The notes under the pieces: generated by a model
Database searches by the model: none
What the model saw: the letters and a program-made list of their open reading frames with translations, nothing else
Told to the model about the DNA's origin: nothing
Assembly (NCBI GenBank): GCA_029936965.1
Contig: JAPYRG010000003.1
Span: 31,417 to 95,416 of the forward strand
Length of the DNA: 64,000 nt
Reading direction: 5' to 3'
Source: Fidelibacterota bacterium
Lineage (GTDB): Bacteria > Fidelibacterota > Marinisomatia > Marinisomatales > TCS55
Translations under genes and position numbers: made by a program
In this document: in pieces, positions 45,602 to 58,475 of the stretch
Layout: the number at the start of each line of letters is the position of its first letter
How positions within the stretch are numbered: position 1 is the stretch's first letter

Positions 45602-46505
45602 GTAATGTAACCATAATTGCATTTTGGATATGTAGACGATTTTCTGCCTGATCAAACACAATTGAATACTCAGCTTCCATTACTTCATCTGTTACTTCTC
45701 TACCTCGCTCTGCTGGCAAACAATGCATAAAAAGGGCTTTTTTTCCAGCTTCTGATATAATAGAGTGATTTATTTGAAAAGGTTTAAATACGCTTTCTCT
45801 AATCTCTGCTTCATCTTTTTGACCCATAGATGCCCAAACATCAGTATAAACAACATCTGAATTTTGAATTGAATCAAAAGGATCGTTTGTTACAGTAATT
45901 TTTGATAATCCGGTCTCAATTGACTTATCTAGAGTGCTATTATCAGGCTCATAACCAGCTGGACATGCACAAACAAAATCAATTGGAAATTTTTGTGTCA
46001 GCTGTAGCCATGAATTAACAATATTGTTGCCATCACCAATATAACTGATTTTCAAATCATCCAATGACCCTCTTGTCTCCCAAATAGTAAAAAAGTCACA
46101 CATTATTTGGCAAGGATGGTTATAATCTGTTAAACCATTAATAACAGGAATGCTTGCATTACTCGCAAGCTCCATTATATGATTATGATCAAATAATCTA
46201 GCCATAATTAAATCATTATATCGGCTTAATAATCTTCCAATATCTTTTATAGCCTCTCTTTTACCAATTCCAATATCGTTAGGTCCAAGAAATAGTGCAT
46301 GTCCACCTAGCCATTCAAATCCAGTCTCAAATGATATTCTCGTTCTTGCTGAAGGTTTAGCAAATATCATAGCAAGAGATTTATTATGAAATATTTTATG
46401 ATCTTCTCGATTTCGAAATTTTTGTTTCAAATCTTTTGCTAGTTTCATTATCTCCATTAATTCATCAGATGAATAATCACCAATATGTAAAAAATTATTA
46501 TTCAC
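45582..46505 (-). CDS. argF: Ornithine carbamoyltransferase
   Basis: 307 aa. SARTRISFE, HPCQ, DVWASMG and HCLPAERG motifs. Confidence 0.85.
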   Translation of the reverse strand: MNNNFLHIGDYSSDELMEIMKLAKDLKQKFRNREDHKIFHNKSLAMIFAKPSARTRISFETGFEWLGGHALFLGPNDIGIGKREAIKDIGRLLSRYNDLIMARLFDHNHIMELASNASIPVINGLTDYNHPCQIMCDFFTIWETRGSLDDLKISYIGDGNNIVNSWLQLTQKFPIDFVCACPAGYEPDNSTLDKSIETGLSKITVTNDPFDSIQNSDVVYTDVWASMGQKDEAEIRESVFKPFQINHSIISEAGKKALFMHCLPAERGREVTDEVMEAEYSIVFDQAENRLHIQNAIMVTLLNQSSA

Positions 46506-47350
46506 TATTTATTTAATGTATCAAATAAATTTGAATTTGATGGAAGAACTAAAGTTGTTTTTTTGTCAATTATTTTTTTATAAGCCTCTAGTGATCTATA
46601 AAACTCATAAAATTCTGGATCTATTGAAAAAGCACGTGCATATATATCAACGGCTATTGCTTCTCCTTCTCCTTTAATTTCTTCTGCCTCTTTATATGCA
46701 TTAGCTAATATGATTGTCTTATCTTTATCTGTTGATGCCTTGATTTTCTGGGATTCTTCTTCACCTTCAGATCTAAATTTGTTTGCTTGCCGAATTCTTT
46801 CTGCCTGCATCCTTCTATAAATAGATTCTTCATTATTTTGAGGTAAATCAACTCTTTTTAATCGTACATCTACAACTTCTATTCCATATGGCTTTGTTGC
46901 TGTCGCACTTTGTTTAGTTACAGTCTCCATAATTAGTTCTCTATTTTCTGTTATTATTTCTGACATAATATGCGTACCTAATTCTCTTCTTAATTCAGAA
47001 TAGACTATGTCATCAATGCGAGTTTTTGCTATAGGTTCAGTCTGTACAGTCTGTAGGAATAAAAGTGGATCAATAATTCTCCATCGAACATAGTTATCAA
47101 CTATTAAGGATTTTTTATCCTTACTTAAGATTTCTTCAGGAGAGACATCATATTCTAACAAACGGTTATCAAATCTTTGAGCGACTTGTATTGGCGCTGG
47201 TAATTTAAAATTTAATCCAGGTGTCTTTATTATCCTTACTGGTTGTCCAAATTGTAATATGACTACTTGTTCAGTTTCGTCAATTATAAATACACTACTT
47301 AATCCCCCAATAACTAATAATACAATCAAGATAAGAAATAAATTTTTCAT
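46505..47350 (-). CDS. hflC: Protease modulator HflC (SPFH/band 7)
   Basis: 281 aa. N-terminal TM and an SPFH domain. It is adjacent to, and overlaps by 1 nt, the hflK-like gene. Confidence 0.85.
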   Translation of the reverse strand: MKNLFLILIVLLVIGGLSSVFIIDETEQVVILQFGQPVRIIKTPGLNFKLPAPIQVAQRFDNRLLEYDVSPEEILSKDKKSLIVDNYVRWRIIDPLLFLQTVQTEPIAKTRIDDIVYSELRRELGTHIMSEIITENRELIMETVTKQSATATKPYGIEVVDVRLKRVDLPQNNEESIYRRMQAERIRQANKFRSEGEEESQKIKASTDKDKTIILANAYKEAEEIKGEGEAIAVDIYARAFSIDPEFYEFYRSLEAYKKIIDKKTTLVLPSNSNLFDTLNK

Positions 47351-48321
47351 TACTTTGCTCCTTTCGTTCCAGTAAGATTAAGAAGATTCAATAAATTTCC
47401 ATCTTTACCATTTGGAATTATATATTTATCTATACCAGGAAGTATCTCTTCCATTGCCTCTAAATACAATCTTTCTTTTGTTACATCTTTTGCCTTAACA
47501 TATTCTTTAACGATAGCTTTAAACTTGGCAACATCTCCTTCAGCTCTTTTTATCCTTGATTCTCGAAAACCTTCCGCTTTCCGAATCATCGATTGCGCTT
47601 CTCCGCGAGCCTTTGGAATAACATCATTTCTATATCCCTCTGCTTCATTTATCATTCTATTCTTATCTTCTTTGGCGGAGGCAACATCTTTAAAAGCATC
47701 TATAACTTGTATTGGAGGACTAACATCTTGCAGTTGAACTGCTACAACCATTACTCCTGTTTCATATTTATCTAGTGTCATCTGAAGCAATTCTTTTGTT
47801 TCTTCTTGAATCATAAATTTTCCAGATGTTAAAGCTTCATCAATATTATGTCTTCCTATAACAGTTCTTAATGATGCTTCAGAAGCTTCGCGTAAAGTTA
47901 ATTCTGGTCCAATAAAATTAAATAAGTAATCTGTAGGGTTTTTTATTTTATACTGAACAATCAACTCCGCATCTACAATATTTTCATCACCAGTTAACAT
48001 TAAACTCTCTTGCGCAATGGTTCTATATTGATTTTTTCCTACAGTTCTAAAACCTATTTCAATCCTTTTGACTTCTGTTACCTTAGGAGTTTTGACTGTC
48101 TCTATGGGGTAAGGTAAATGATAATTCAAACCTGACCCTACAACGCGAGTGTATTTGCCAAATCGCTGAACAACTCCTACTTCATCAGGGCCAACTGAAT
48201 ACAAGCCTAATAATAACCATATAACTACTGCAATTGCAATTGCTGGAAACACTCCCATTGATAATAGTTTATCAGGTACGCTTATTTCACTATCTCCAAT
48301 TATTATTCTTTTTGCTGACAT
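47350..48321 (-). CDS. hflK: Protease modulator HflK (SPFH/band 7)
   Basis: 323 aa. TM, then VGPDEVGVVQRFGKY, and a coiled-coil C-terminus rich in EA/RA. Confidence 0.85.
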   Translation of the reverse strand: MSAKRIIIGDSEISVPDKLLSMGVFPAIAIAVVIWLLLGLYSVGPDEVGVVQRFGKYTRVVGSGLNYHLPYPIETVKTPKVTEVKRIEIGFRTVGKNQYRTIAQESLMLTGDENIVDAELIVQYKIKNPTDYLFNFIGPELTLREASEASLRTVIGRHNIDEALTSGKFMIQEETKELLQMTLDKYETGVMVVAVQLQDVSPPIQVIDAFKDVASAKEDKNRMINEAEGYRNDVIPKARGEAQSMIRKAEGFRESRIKRAEGDVAKFKAIVKEYVKAKDVTKERLYLEAMEEILPGIDKYIIPNGKDGNLLNLLNLTGTKGAK

Positions 48322-48336
48322 ATTATCTCCTTTTAA

Positions 48337-49668
48337 TTAAATTTTTCTTCGTAATCTAGCATTTGGTAAGTTTAATTGATCTCGATACTTTGTTACAGTT
48401 CTTCTCGCAATTGAATAACCAGACTGCTTTAATGCTTCCATTAAATCATCATCACTTAGTGGCTTATTCTTATCTTCATTATCAATAACTTTTTTCAAAG
48501 CCAATTTAACATCCCTCACGCTTATTTCTACACCATCAAATAAAATATGATTATTTGTAAAAAAATATTTTAGTTCAAATATTCCATATGGGGTTTCCAC
48601 ATATTTCCCTCTTGTCGCACGACTTACAGTAGAAATATCTATCCCAATAATATCAGATATATCTTTTAGTTTCATTGGTGTAAGTTTATCAATATTGCCA
48701 TCAAAAAATGCTGGTTGATGATTAATTATCTGTTTCATTACATTATAAAGAGTTGTTCGACGTTGATCAATTGCTCCAATAACCCATTCGGCTTTATTGA
48801 AATTATTTTTAAGAAATTTTTTCGTCTTTCTATTATGAGTTTCTAAATTATTCAACATTTTTTTATATGTTTTGCTTACATTGATTGGAGGGATCCAACT
48901 ATCATTTACAGTAATCTCCCATTGATTGCTTCTTTTATTTAAAATTAAATCAGGAATTATCGATTCATCTTTAGAAACCTGTAAACCAAGACCAGGTTTG
49001 GGATTTAATTTAGATAAATTTTTAATTGCACCTGAAAGTTCCTTAGATGAAATGTCTTCTCTTTTAGAAATGCGATTATATCTCTTATTTATAAAATCAT
49101 CGAAATATTGTTTGACGATTTTATATTCTATTGAATCTTTATTATTATCCAATTGTACCATTAAACATTGTTGAAGATCCCTTGAAGCTAGAGCTGGAGG
49201 ATCCAGATGTTGAACTTTATGCAAAATATGATTTATTTCATCTTCATTTTTTTCAAAACGATCTGCAATTAAAAATAAATCAATAGATAAATAACCACTA
49301 TCATCTAAATTATAAATTATCTCCTCTGCAACAGATTTTTCCCAACTTTTTAAATCCAAATCATTAATTTGATCAATTATCGCTTCCAACAAATTCTTTT
49401 CTGATGAAATTTGAAAAATGTTTTCTTTTTTGGGCTCATACACTGCATTGGATTCATATATATCATCCCAGCCTTCATCATTCAAATCTTCTTTTGTATT
49501 AGATTCATCATCATCATTAATTATCTCAGTTGGTTCGAGAATTGGGTTTTTCTCAAATTCCTCCAATATATATTTCTCTAAACTAGAATTATTTAATTGT
49601 AATAATGTTGCTTGTAAAATTTGCTGTGGTGACAGCGCCTGTTTTTGCTGTAATTCCTGTTTAAGCAT
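48337..49668 (-). CDS. rpoN: RNA polymerase sigma-54 factor
   Basis: 443 aa. N-terminal Gln/Leu-rich region I (LKQELQQKQALSPQQILQ), an HTH, and the RpoN box ARRTVTKYR. Confidence 0.9.
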   Translation of the reverse strand: MLKQELQQKQALSPQQILQATLLQLNNSSLEKYILEEFEKNPILEPTEIINDDDESNTKEDLNDEGWDDIYESNAVYEPKKENIFQISSEKNLLEAIIDQINDLDLKSWEKSVAEEIIYNLDDSGYLSIDLFLIADRFEKNEDEINHILHKVQHLDPPALASRDLQQCLMVQLDNNKDSIEYKIVKQYFDDFINKRYNRISKREDISSKELSGAIKNLSKLNPKPGLGLQVSKDESIIPDLILNKRSNQWEITVNDSWIPPINVSKTYKKMLNNLETHNRKTKKFLKNNFNKAEWVIGAIDQRRTTLYNVMKQIINHQPAFFDGNIDKLTPMKLKDISDIIGIDISTVSRATRGKYVETPYGIFELKYFFTNNHILFDGVEISVRDVKLALKKVIDNEDKNKPLSDDDLMEALKQSGYSIARRTVTKYRDQLNLPNARLRRKI

Positions 49669-49673
49669 AATAA

Positions 49674-50411
49674 TTAATCTAAACGAAAGCTCTTTCCAAG
49701 ATAAAGTTGGCGTGCTTCTTCATCATTTGCTAAAAACTCAGATGAACCTGATTTTAAAATGACTCCATTAAATAATAAATATGACCTGTCAGTAATAGAT
49801 AGAGTCTCTCTAACATTATGATCAGTAATTAAAACGCCTATTTCTTTTTCCTTTAATGATTTAACTATTGATTGAATATCTTCAACTGCAATGGGATCAA
49901 CGCCGGCAAAAGGTTCATCTAATAATATAAAGTCTGGATCCATAGATAAAGCTCTACAAATTTCAACTCTACGTCGCTCTCCCCCGGACAAATTAGAGCC
50001 CATACTGTCTCTTAAATGCTCAATAGACATTTCATCTAATAAATTTTCTATTTTATCGTTTTGTTTATTTTTAGGTAGTCCAGACATTTCAAGAACTAAT
50101 CTAAGATTATTTTCTACAGTTAATTTTCCAAATATAGATGGCTCCTGCGCCAAATAACCTATCCCGCTTCTAGCTCGCATATACATTGCTTTAGTAGTTA
50201 TTTCCTTATCGTCAAGGTAAATATTCCCCTTTGATGGTTTTATCATTCCTGTTAACATATAGAATGTTGTTGTTTTACCTGCGCCATTCGGCCCAAGTAA
50301 ACCAATTATTTCACCTTTTTTAACTTCAATATCCACATCAGACACTACCCAACGGTTACCATATTGCTTATAAAGACTTTCAGCACGTAAATGATGGTGT
50401 TTTCTCTCCAT
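49674..50411 (-). CDS. lptB: LPS export ABC transporter ATP-binding protein LptB
   Basis: 245 aa. Walker A GPNGAGKTT, signature LSGGERRR, Walker B ILLDEP. The position upstream of rpoN is conserved. Confidence 0.9.
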   Translation of the reverse strand: MERKHHHLRAESLYKQYGNRWVVSDVDIEVKKGEIIGLLGPNGAGKTTTFYMLTGMIKPSKGNIYLDDKEITTKAMYMRARSGIGYLAQEPSIFGKLTVENNLRLVLEMSGLPKNKQNDKIENLLDEMSIEHLRDSMGSNLSGGERRRVEICRALSMDPDFILLDEPFAGVDPIAVEDIQSIVKSLKEKEIGVLITDHNVRETLSITDRSYLLFNGVILKSGSSEFLANDEEARQLYLGKSFRLD

Positions 50412-50418
50412 TATTTTC

Positions 50419-50931
50419 TTAATTCGTTACACCGGATGGATAAAGTATTTTCCAATGATTTAGTCCTACATCTGATTCAAAACCACTTCCATAAAGGGTG
50501 TCATTCTTTTCAGTAGTTAGCATTATCGGAGATGCAGTATAGATAATTTCTTTTTTTGAATCCCATTTTAATGTATCTGTGAACAGGGTAGCTCCACTAT
50601 CTGAAACGACTACTACATTCTCAATTGCAGTCATAAAGTTTGTTTTTTCATCAATCTCTGCAATCATTGATTTTAAATTAGTAGTATGGATTTCTTCCTC
50701 ATCAAAAAAATCAACATCAACATTCTTATTCAAAAAAATATAATTTCTCTCATTAAATTTTTCTAAGTGGCCTGCTTTAACAAGAGCGCGCATAACACCT
50801 TCATCAGTTAATGTAATCTCTACATCCCAACTTTCTTGATCAGGTAAACCTGCTCGAGAATACATATTTGTTTCATTTTCAATACTTGAGCAACTTATAA
50901 TTACAAAAAAGGATAACAAAAAAATTCTCAT
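50419..50931 (-). CDS. lptC: LptC-like (OstA-fold) LPS export periplasmic lipoprotein
   Basis: 170 aa with signal peptide and Cys (IISC). It sits between kdsC and lptB. The assignment rests mainly on synteny. Confidence 0.45.
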   Translation of the reverse strand: MRIFLLSFFVIISCSSIENETNMYSRAGLPDQESWDVEITLTDEGVMRALVKAGHLEKFNERNYIFLNKNVDVDFFDEEEIHTTNLKSMIAEIDEKTNFMTAIENVVVVSDSGATLFTDTLKWDSKKEIIYTASPIMLTTEKNDTLYGSGFESDVGLNHWKILYPSGVTN

Positions 50932-50936
50932 ACAAT

Positions 50937-51527
50937 TTATATTGACAATATTGAATCTATCATTAAATGAATTCCTTCTTCATAACGTCCTTGGCAAATG
51001 GCAAGCCAATCTATTGCTTCTCGAAAAGCGCCATGTCCACCACTTAATGATGTTGTATAAATTGCTTTTTTCTTCACTAAATGATAAGCATTAGCAACTG
51101 CAATAGGAACGCCAACAGTTTCCATTAAACTAATATCAATTATATCATCACCTATGAATGCACAGTTCTCATCTGATAAACTATATTTCAATTTTAATTC
51201 ATTATAAGGCTTCATTTTATTTAGGGTTCCATTATATACATCAGAAATCTTTAATTCATTAGCACGTATATCAGTAGCAGAAGATTTCCGTCCAGAAATT
51301 AATGCAATATGAAAATCCAGCAACCGAGCAAATGCAACTCCTGCCCCATCTAGCACAGAAAATTTCTTTAATTCAATATTCTCACTCGCATTATCTCCGC
51401 CTTTATAAATAGAACCATCAGTTAGAACACCATCTACATCTGCAATTATAAGTTTAACTTTTTTAACCTGTTCAATTATCTGATTATCGAATTTATTTTT
51501 AAAATCCGTTTCTGAATAAATATCCAT
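50937..51527 (-). CDS. kdsC: 3-deoxy-D-manno-octulosonate 8-phosphate phosphatase (HAD-IIIA)
   Basis: 196 aa. DVDGVLTDG, SGR and GDDIID HAD motifs, in a kds/lpt context. Confidence 0.8.
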   Translation of the reverse strand: MDIYSETDFKNKFDNQIIEQVKKVKLIIADVDGVLTDGSIYKGGDNASENIELKKFSVLDGAGVAFARLLDFHIALISGRKSSATDIRANELKISDVYNGTLNKMKPYNELKLKYSLSDENCAFIGDDIIDISLMETVGVPIAVANAYHLVKKKAIYTTSLSGGHGAFREAIDWLAICQGRYEEGIHLMIDSILSI

Positions 51528-51535
51528 ATTAATAG

Positions 51536-53856
<2,321 letters not shown>

Positions 53857-53979
53857 GATTAGTCCGTCTCTCCTATCAAAGGGAAAAGTAAAGATTTCAT
53901 TTTATTCATATTATAATTCCCAAATTCAAGGAATAAAATTTATTAAATACAATTGTCAATAAAGAATGAAAAATCAGTT

Positions 53980-55233
53980 TTATTCATATCTTAATGATTC
54001 TATAGGATCAAGATTAGAAGCTCTCCAGGCAGGATAAATACCAAACCCAATACCAATTATTGAGCATACAATTAAACCATATAAAGCCCAATCAAATGGT
54101 ATTACAGCTGGAACCTTAAAAATAACAGCCACAATATTTCCACCTGCAATTCCCAGTATAACTCCTACAATTCCACCAAATTCACTCAAAAATATTGCTT
54201 CAGTTAAAAATTGGGTAAGTATATCAGTGCGAGTTGCCCCAATTGCTTTTCGTATACCTATTTCTTTAATTCGATCAGTTACAGAAACAAGCATGATATT
54301 CATTATGCCTATTCCTGCCACTAATAACGCTATAACACTTATAGATAAAGCAAATAACTTTATACCACTTGTAAATCCAGAAAAGCGCTCGATCATTTCT
54401 GCATTTGATTCAATTTCAAAATCATTTTCCTTTCCAGGAGGAACTTTTCGTATCGCTCTCAATAAACCAATTGCTTCATCCATTGTTTTATCATATTCCT
54501 CTGCGGAAGGCGCTTCAACGCTAATAGATAAAGTTGTCCAACGATTTTTAAAGTGTTGTAAAAAATTTGTAATTGGGATTGCTATATAATTATCCTGACT
54601 ACCACCAAACGCCTCTCCCTTACGCTCAGTAATTCCTATTACATTATAATCCAAACCTCTTATTTGAATTGTTTTTCCTATGGGATCTTCAAAAGGAAAA
54701 AGTCGATCTACTACATCCATACCAAGCAAACAAACATTTCGAACAGAATGCACATCATCTGTAGTAACATTTCGTCCATCAGCAATATATGTATTATATG
54801 TTCTAATTGTACCTTCATCTCCACCAATTAGCTCAATAGATCTTTTTACAGTTTTATCACGGTATTTGACATTTCTAGCGCTCGTTCCTTCCGAAACACT
54901 TACCATTATAGGCATTCTAGCTCTACGTTTAAATTCTTCATATTGAGGATAATCAATATTTTTTCGATTCCTGTATTTTTCATCTCCATGATTTCCAACC
55001 CTGATACCTGGCCATTTTTGAATTACAAATGTATTCGTACCAAAAACATTTAATCCCGATTCAACCGATGATTCAAGTGTTCGTATTGCAGTCATTACAC
55101 CAATAACTGAAAAAACACCTATGCTTATACCAAGCAAGGTTAGAATTGATCGTAACTTATTCTGACGTATGGCATCAATAGTCATACGAAAACTTTCCAT
55201 AATTCCATTTTTTGTTCTACTTAAACCAAACAT
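53980..55233 (-). CDS. ABC transporter permease, MacB/FtsX type
   Basis: 417 aa. N-terminal TM, a large periplasmic MacB_PCD-like domain, and a C-terminal FtsX 3-TM module (GIMNIMLVSVTDRIKEIGIRKAIGA). Confidence 0.85.
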   Translation of the reverse strand: MFGLSRTKNGIMESFRMTIDAIRQNKLRSILTLLGISIGVFSVIGVMTAIRTLESSVESGLNVFGTNTFVIQKWPGIRVGNHGDEKYRNRKNIDYPQYEEFKRRARMPIMVSVSEGTSARNVKYRDKTVKRSIELIGGDEGTIRTYNTYIADGRNVTTDDVHSVRNVCLLGMDVVDRLFPFEDPIGKTIQIRGLDYNVIGITERKGEAFGGSQDNYIAIPITNFLQHFKNRWTTLSISVEAPSAEEYDKTMDEAIGLLRAIRKVPPGKENDFEIESNAEMIERFSGFTSGIKLFALSISVIALLVAGIGIMNIMLVSVTDRIKEIGIRKAIGATRTDILTQFLTEAIFLSEFGGIVGVILGIAGGNIVAVIFKVPAVIPFDWALYGLIVCSIIGIGFGIYPAWRASNLDPIESLRYE

Positions 55234-55236
55234 TAC

Positions 55237-56439
55237 TTACTCATATCGCAATGCTTCAATAGGGTCTAAACGTGCTGCTTGATAGGAAGGCACTATACCT
55301 GATATTACACCAACTAAAATACTCATTATTATTGATACTATAGATAACCATAAAGGCAAAGTAGAAGGGAAAATTTTATTAATAAAAAAACTTGCACCAA
55401 AGGCCAAAGCCAAGCCAATCAATCCCCCAATTACACATATTATAATAGCTTCAAATAGAAATTGAACAAGTATCATATTAGGGGTCGCTCCGATCGCTTT
55501 TCGCACACCAATTTCACGAGTTCTTTCTTTGACTGATACAAACATAATATTCATAATCCCTATTCCTCCAACAATAAGCGAAAGTATTGTAATAAACAAA
55601 CCTGTACCACCAATCGCAAATTTTAAAGTGTTATACTGAGTCTCAAATGCCTTGGTTTGATTAATAGCAAAATCGTCTTTCTCGCCTGGCTTTAATCCCC
55701 TTATCCTACGCATTACTGATTGTAGTTCACTTTTTGCATCATCTATTTTTTTCTCATTAACCTTAACACTCAGACGCATAAATCCTCGTTTCGAAAATAA
55801 TCTAGTGTATGCTCCTAAAGGAAGTATCGCCTGATAATCAACACTAAATAGTCCAAGAAATTTTCCCTGTTTTTCTAAGACCCCAATGACTCGAAATTTT
55901 ATCCCATCGATCTTAATATATTTTCCGATTGGATCTTGATATTCAAAAAAAGCATCTTTTATGCCACTTCCAATAATAGTTACTCTGGCCGCCGATCTTT
56001 CTTCTCCTTGAGTAAAAAAGCGCCCAAATTGTATATCTTCTTTCACTGTTTCCATATATTCAACATTAGTACCAAAAATTACTGTTTGTGTATTTTTATC
56101 ACTAAAGGATAAGGAAGCTTCCCTCTGAATAACCGGAGAAACTGCAAGAGCATAATCAGACATTTCTCTAATTTTTTCTTCATAAGATAGTTTCATGCGC
56201 GGTCTATTTCGTACCTCCCACCATTCCATATCGCTAAACCATTCCCAACGACTAATATATAAAATATCTTTTCCAAGCCATGACATACTATTTTCAAACG
56301 AACGATCTAACCCTGAAATAAGGGTCCCCATTACTGTAACGGATAAAACACCAATAATGATTCCTAAAGCAGTAAGACTAGAACGAAGTTTATTCATATA
56401 AATTGATGATAGTGAAATCCGTAAACTTTCAAAAAACAT
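55237..56439 (-). CDS. ABC transporter permease, MacB/FtsX type (paralog)
   Basis: 400 aa with the same architecture (GIMNIMFVSVKERTREIGVRKAIGA). Confidence 0.85.
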   Translation of the reverse strand: MFFESLRISLSSIYMNKLRSSLTALGIIIGVLSVTVMGTLISGLDRSFENSMSWLGKDILYISRWEWFSDMEWWEVRNRPRMKLSYEEKIREMSDYALAVSPVIQREASLSFSDKNTQTVIFGTNVEYMETVKEDIQFGRFFTQGEERSAARVTIIGSGIKDAFFEYQDPIGKYIKIDGIKFRVIGVLEKQGKFLGLFSVDYQAILPLGAYTRLFSKRGFMRLSVKVNEKKIDDAKSELQSVMRRIRGLKPGEKDDFAINQTKAFETQYNTLKFAIGGTGLFITILSLIVGGIGIMNIMFVSVKERTREIGVRKAIGATPNMILVQFLFEAIIICVIGGLIGLALAFGASFFINKIFPSTLPLWLSIVSIIMSILVGVISGIVPSYQAARLDPIEALRYE

Positions 56440-56444
56440 ACTAA

Positions 56445-57137
56445 TTATTTCTTTTTAACAATTTTATCATCCTTGATCTTTCCATCAAAAATATTAATAA
56501 TCCGATGTGCATGATTGGCAATATATTCTTCATGAGTTACAAGAATAATTGTATTCCCTCTAGAGTAAAGACTATCTAATATATTCATAATCTCAGCGCC
56601 ACTTTTTGAATCAAGGTTCCCTGTGGGTTCATCAGCTAATATGATTGATGGGTCATTAACCAGTGCGCGAGCAATAGCAACTCTTTGTCGTTGTCCGCCA
56701 GATAATTCATTTGGGCGATGATACATCCTATCATGTAAACCAACTTCAGTTAATGATTTGCTTGCTTTATCTATACGTTGATTTTTTGGAATATTAGAAT
56801 AGATTAGTGGAACTTCAACATTATGTAAAGCAGTTGCTTTTGGCAATAAATTAAAAGTTTGGAATACAAAACCAATTTTACGATTTCTTATAGACGCCAA
56901 CTGATTATCATCCATATCATGCACTAATTCACCTTCAAATTCATATTTTCCTGAGCTTGGAGTATCAAGACAACCAATCATATTCATTAATGTAGATTTA
57001 CCTGATCCTGATGGCCCCATAATGGAGATATACTCGTTATGATTTATTGTTAAATCAACACCATCTAAGGCGCGGACTATTTCATCTCCAACCTCGTAAT
57101 GGCGTTTAATATTTTGAAGTGATATTAAAGAACTCAA
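56445..57137 (-). CDS. ABC transporter ATP-binding protein (MacB/LolD-type)
   Basis: 230 aa. Walker [10 protein letters not shown], signature LSGGQRQR, Walker [12 protein letters not shown]. Confidence 0.9.
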   Translation of the reverse strand: MSSLISLQNIKRHYEVGDEIVRALDGVDLTINHNEYISIMGPSGSGKSTLMNMIGCLDTPSSGKYEFEGELVHDMDDNQLASIRNRKIGFVFQTFNLLPKATALHNVEVPLIYSNIPKNQRIDKASKSLTEVGLHDRMYHRPNELSGGQRQRVAIARALVNDPSIILADEPTGNLDSKSGAEIMNILDSLYSRGNTIILVTHEEYIANHAHRIINIFDGKIKDDKIVKKK

Positions 57138-57146
57138 AAGATATGA

Positions 57147-58457
57147 TTAATCCTTATCATCCTCTTCAGTGCTAACCTGCATATTATGCTTTAATTCCTT
57201 ACTTACGGCTTTATAATTTCCTATTACTATAAGATCATTCTCTTCTAACCCATTTAATAATTCGTAGTGAGTTTCGCTAGAGATTCCAACTTTTACTGGT
57301 CTAATATGGACAAATTGGCTCCCGCGTTTAAATTTATTTTCCTTCAGGTTTTTGACCTCTGAGACTTCTCCATCTCTTTGAACTCCACCTTGTTTATCAG
57401 CAATAATAAAAACCAGTTCTTCCAATTCTTTTTTCTTAGAGTTGTTATCTGGTTCATCATCTTTTTCCCATTTTTTACTATTCTCTTCACCAAATAGTTT
57501 ATTTTCAGAGCCATATTCTCTAACCGTTAGGCTCTGTATTGGTATCGCTAAGGCATTATTTCTTACTTCTGTTATAATATTGGCAGTAGCACTCATTCCT
57601 GGTCGAATATTAGGTGGAACATCAAGCATACGTACTTTTACCTTAAAATTTGTTACTTGTTCTTGACTTCCAAAATTTGATGTTTCAGCAATAAGAGCAA
57701 TTTCACTCACAACGCCATAAAATACCGTATCTATATATGCATCAATCTCAATTTCAGAAGTATCACCTATTGAAATACTAACTACATCATTTTCATTTAC
57801 GTCAACAATAACTTCCATTCTACTAAGATCAGCTATAATCATTAACACATCTAAAGAAAACATCCCCCCCATCGCCATTTCGGCAACTTCTTTATTTATT
57901 TTAGTTACAATCCCATTTTGAGGAGAAACTAATCTTGCTTTATCTAATGCATCTTGTGATACCAATAAACTTGCACGTGATTGGTCAAGTTGGCTTTTTG
58001 AGATTTCATATGCAGCTTGTGCTGCCTCAAGTTCTTGATCAGAGGCAAGTCCCTGTTCATAAATACGCTCAACACGTTCTCTATTTGCTTTGTCCTGCTT
58101 CACTCTAGCTGAAGCAGAACGAACTGCAGAGGTTACTTGATCAACATTAGCCTGCAATTGTTTTCTATCAAGAGAGATAAGATGCTGATTCTTTTTAACA
58201 TATTCCCCCTCCACTACAGTTATGGAATCAATAATAGCTGAAGAAGTCGCGCTTATTTTTACTTCTCTTTCAGGTTGTATTTTTCCGCTTGCATTCACTT
58301 TCTGAATGATTGTCTGTCTACCAATTTTTTCAGTCACCACATTGATAACTTCTGAATCATCCCGAAAAATATTTCCAACTATGATTAAAATAATTAGTAG
58401 CCCAATAAACCCAGAAATAAATAATTTTTTGTTCTTTTTATATAATTTTTTAATCAC
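57147..58457 (-). CDS. Efflux periplasmic adaptor (HlyD/MacA membrane fusion protein family)
   Basis: 436 aa. N-terminal TM, a coiled-coil hairpin region, and barrel-sandwich/beta-barrel segments. Confidence 0.8.
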   Translation of the reverse strand: MIKKLYKKNKKLFISGFIGLLIILIIVGNIFRDDSEVINVVTEKIGRQTIIQKVNASGKIQPEREVKISATSSAIIDSITVVEGEYVKKNQHLISLDRKQLQANVDQVTSAVRSASARVKQDKANRERVERIYEQGLASDQELEAAQAAYEISKSQLDQSRASLLVSQDALDKARLVSPQNGIVTKINKEVAEMAMGGMFSLDVLMIIADLSRMEVIVDVNENDVVSISIGDTSEIEIDAYIDTVFYGVVSEIALIAETSNFGSQEQVTNFKVKVRMLDVPPNIRPGMSATANIITEVRNNALAIPIQSLTVREYGSENKLFGEENSKKWEKDDEPDNNSKKKELEELVFIIADKQGGVQRDGEVSEVKNLKENKFKRGSQFVHIRPVKVGISSETHYELLNGLEENDLIVIGNYKAVSKELKHNMQVSTEEDDKD

Positions 58458-58475
58458 TTTAATCTCCTAAAATAT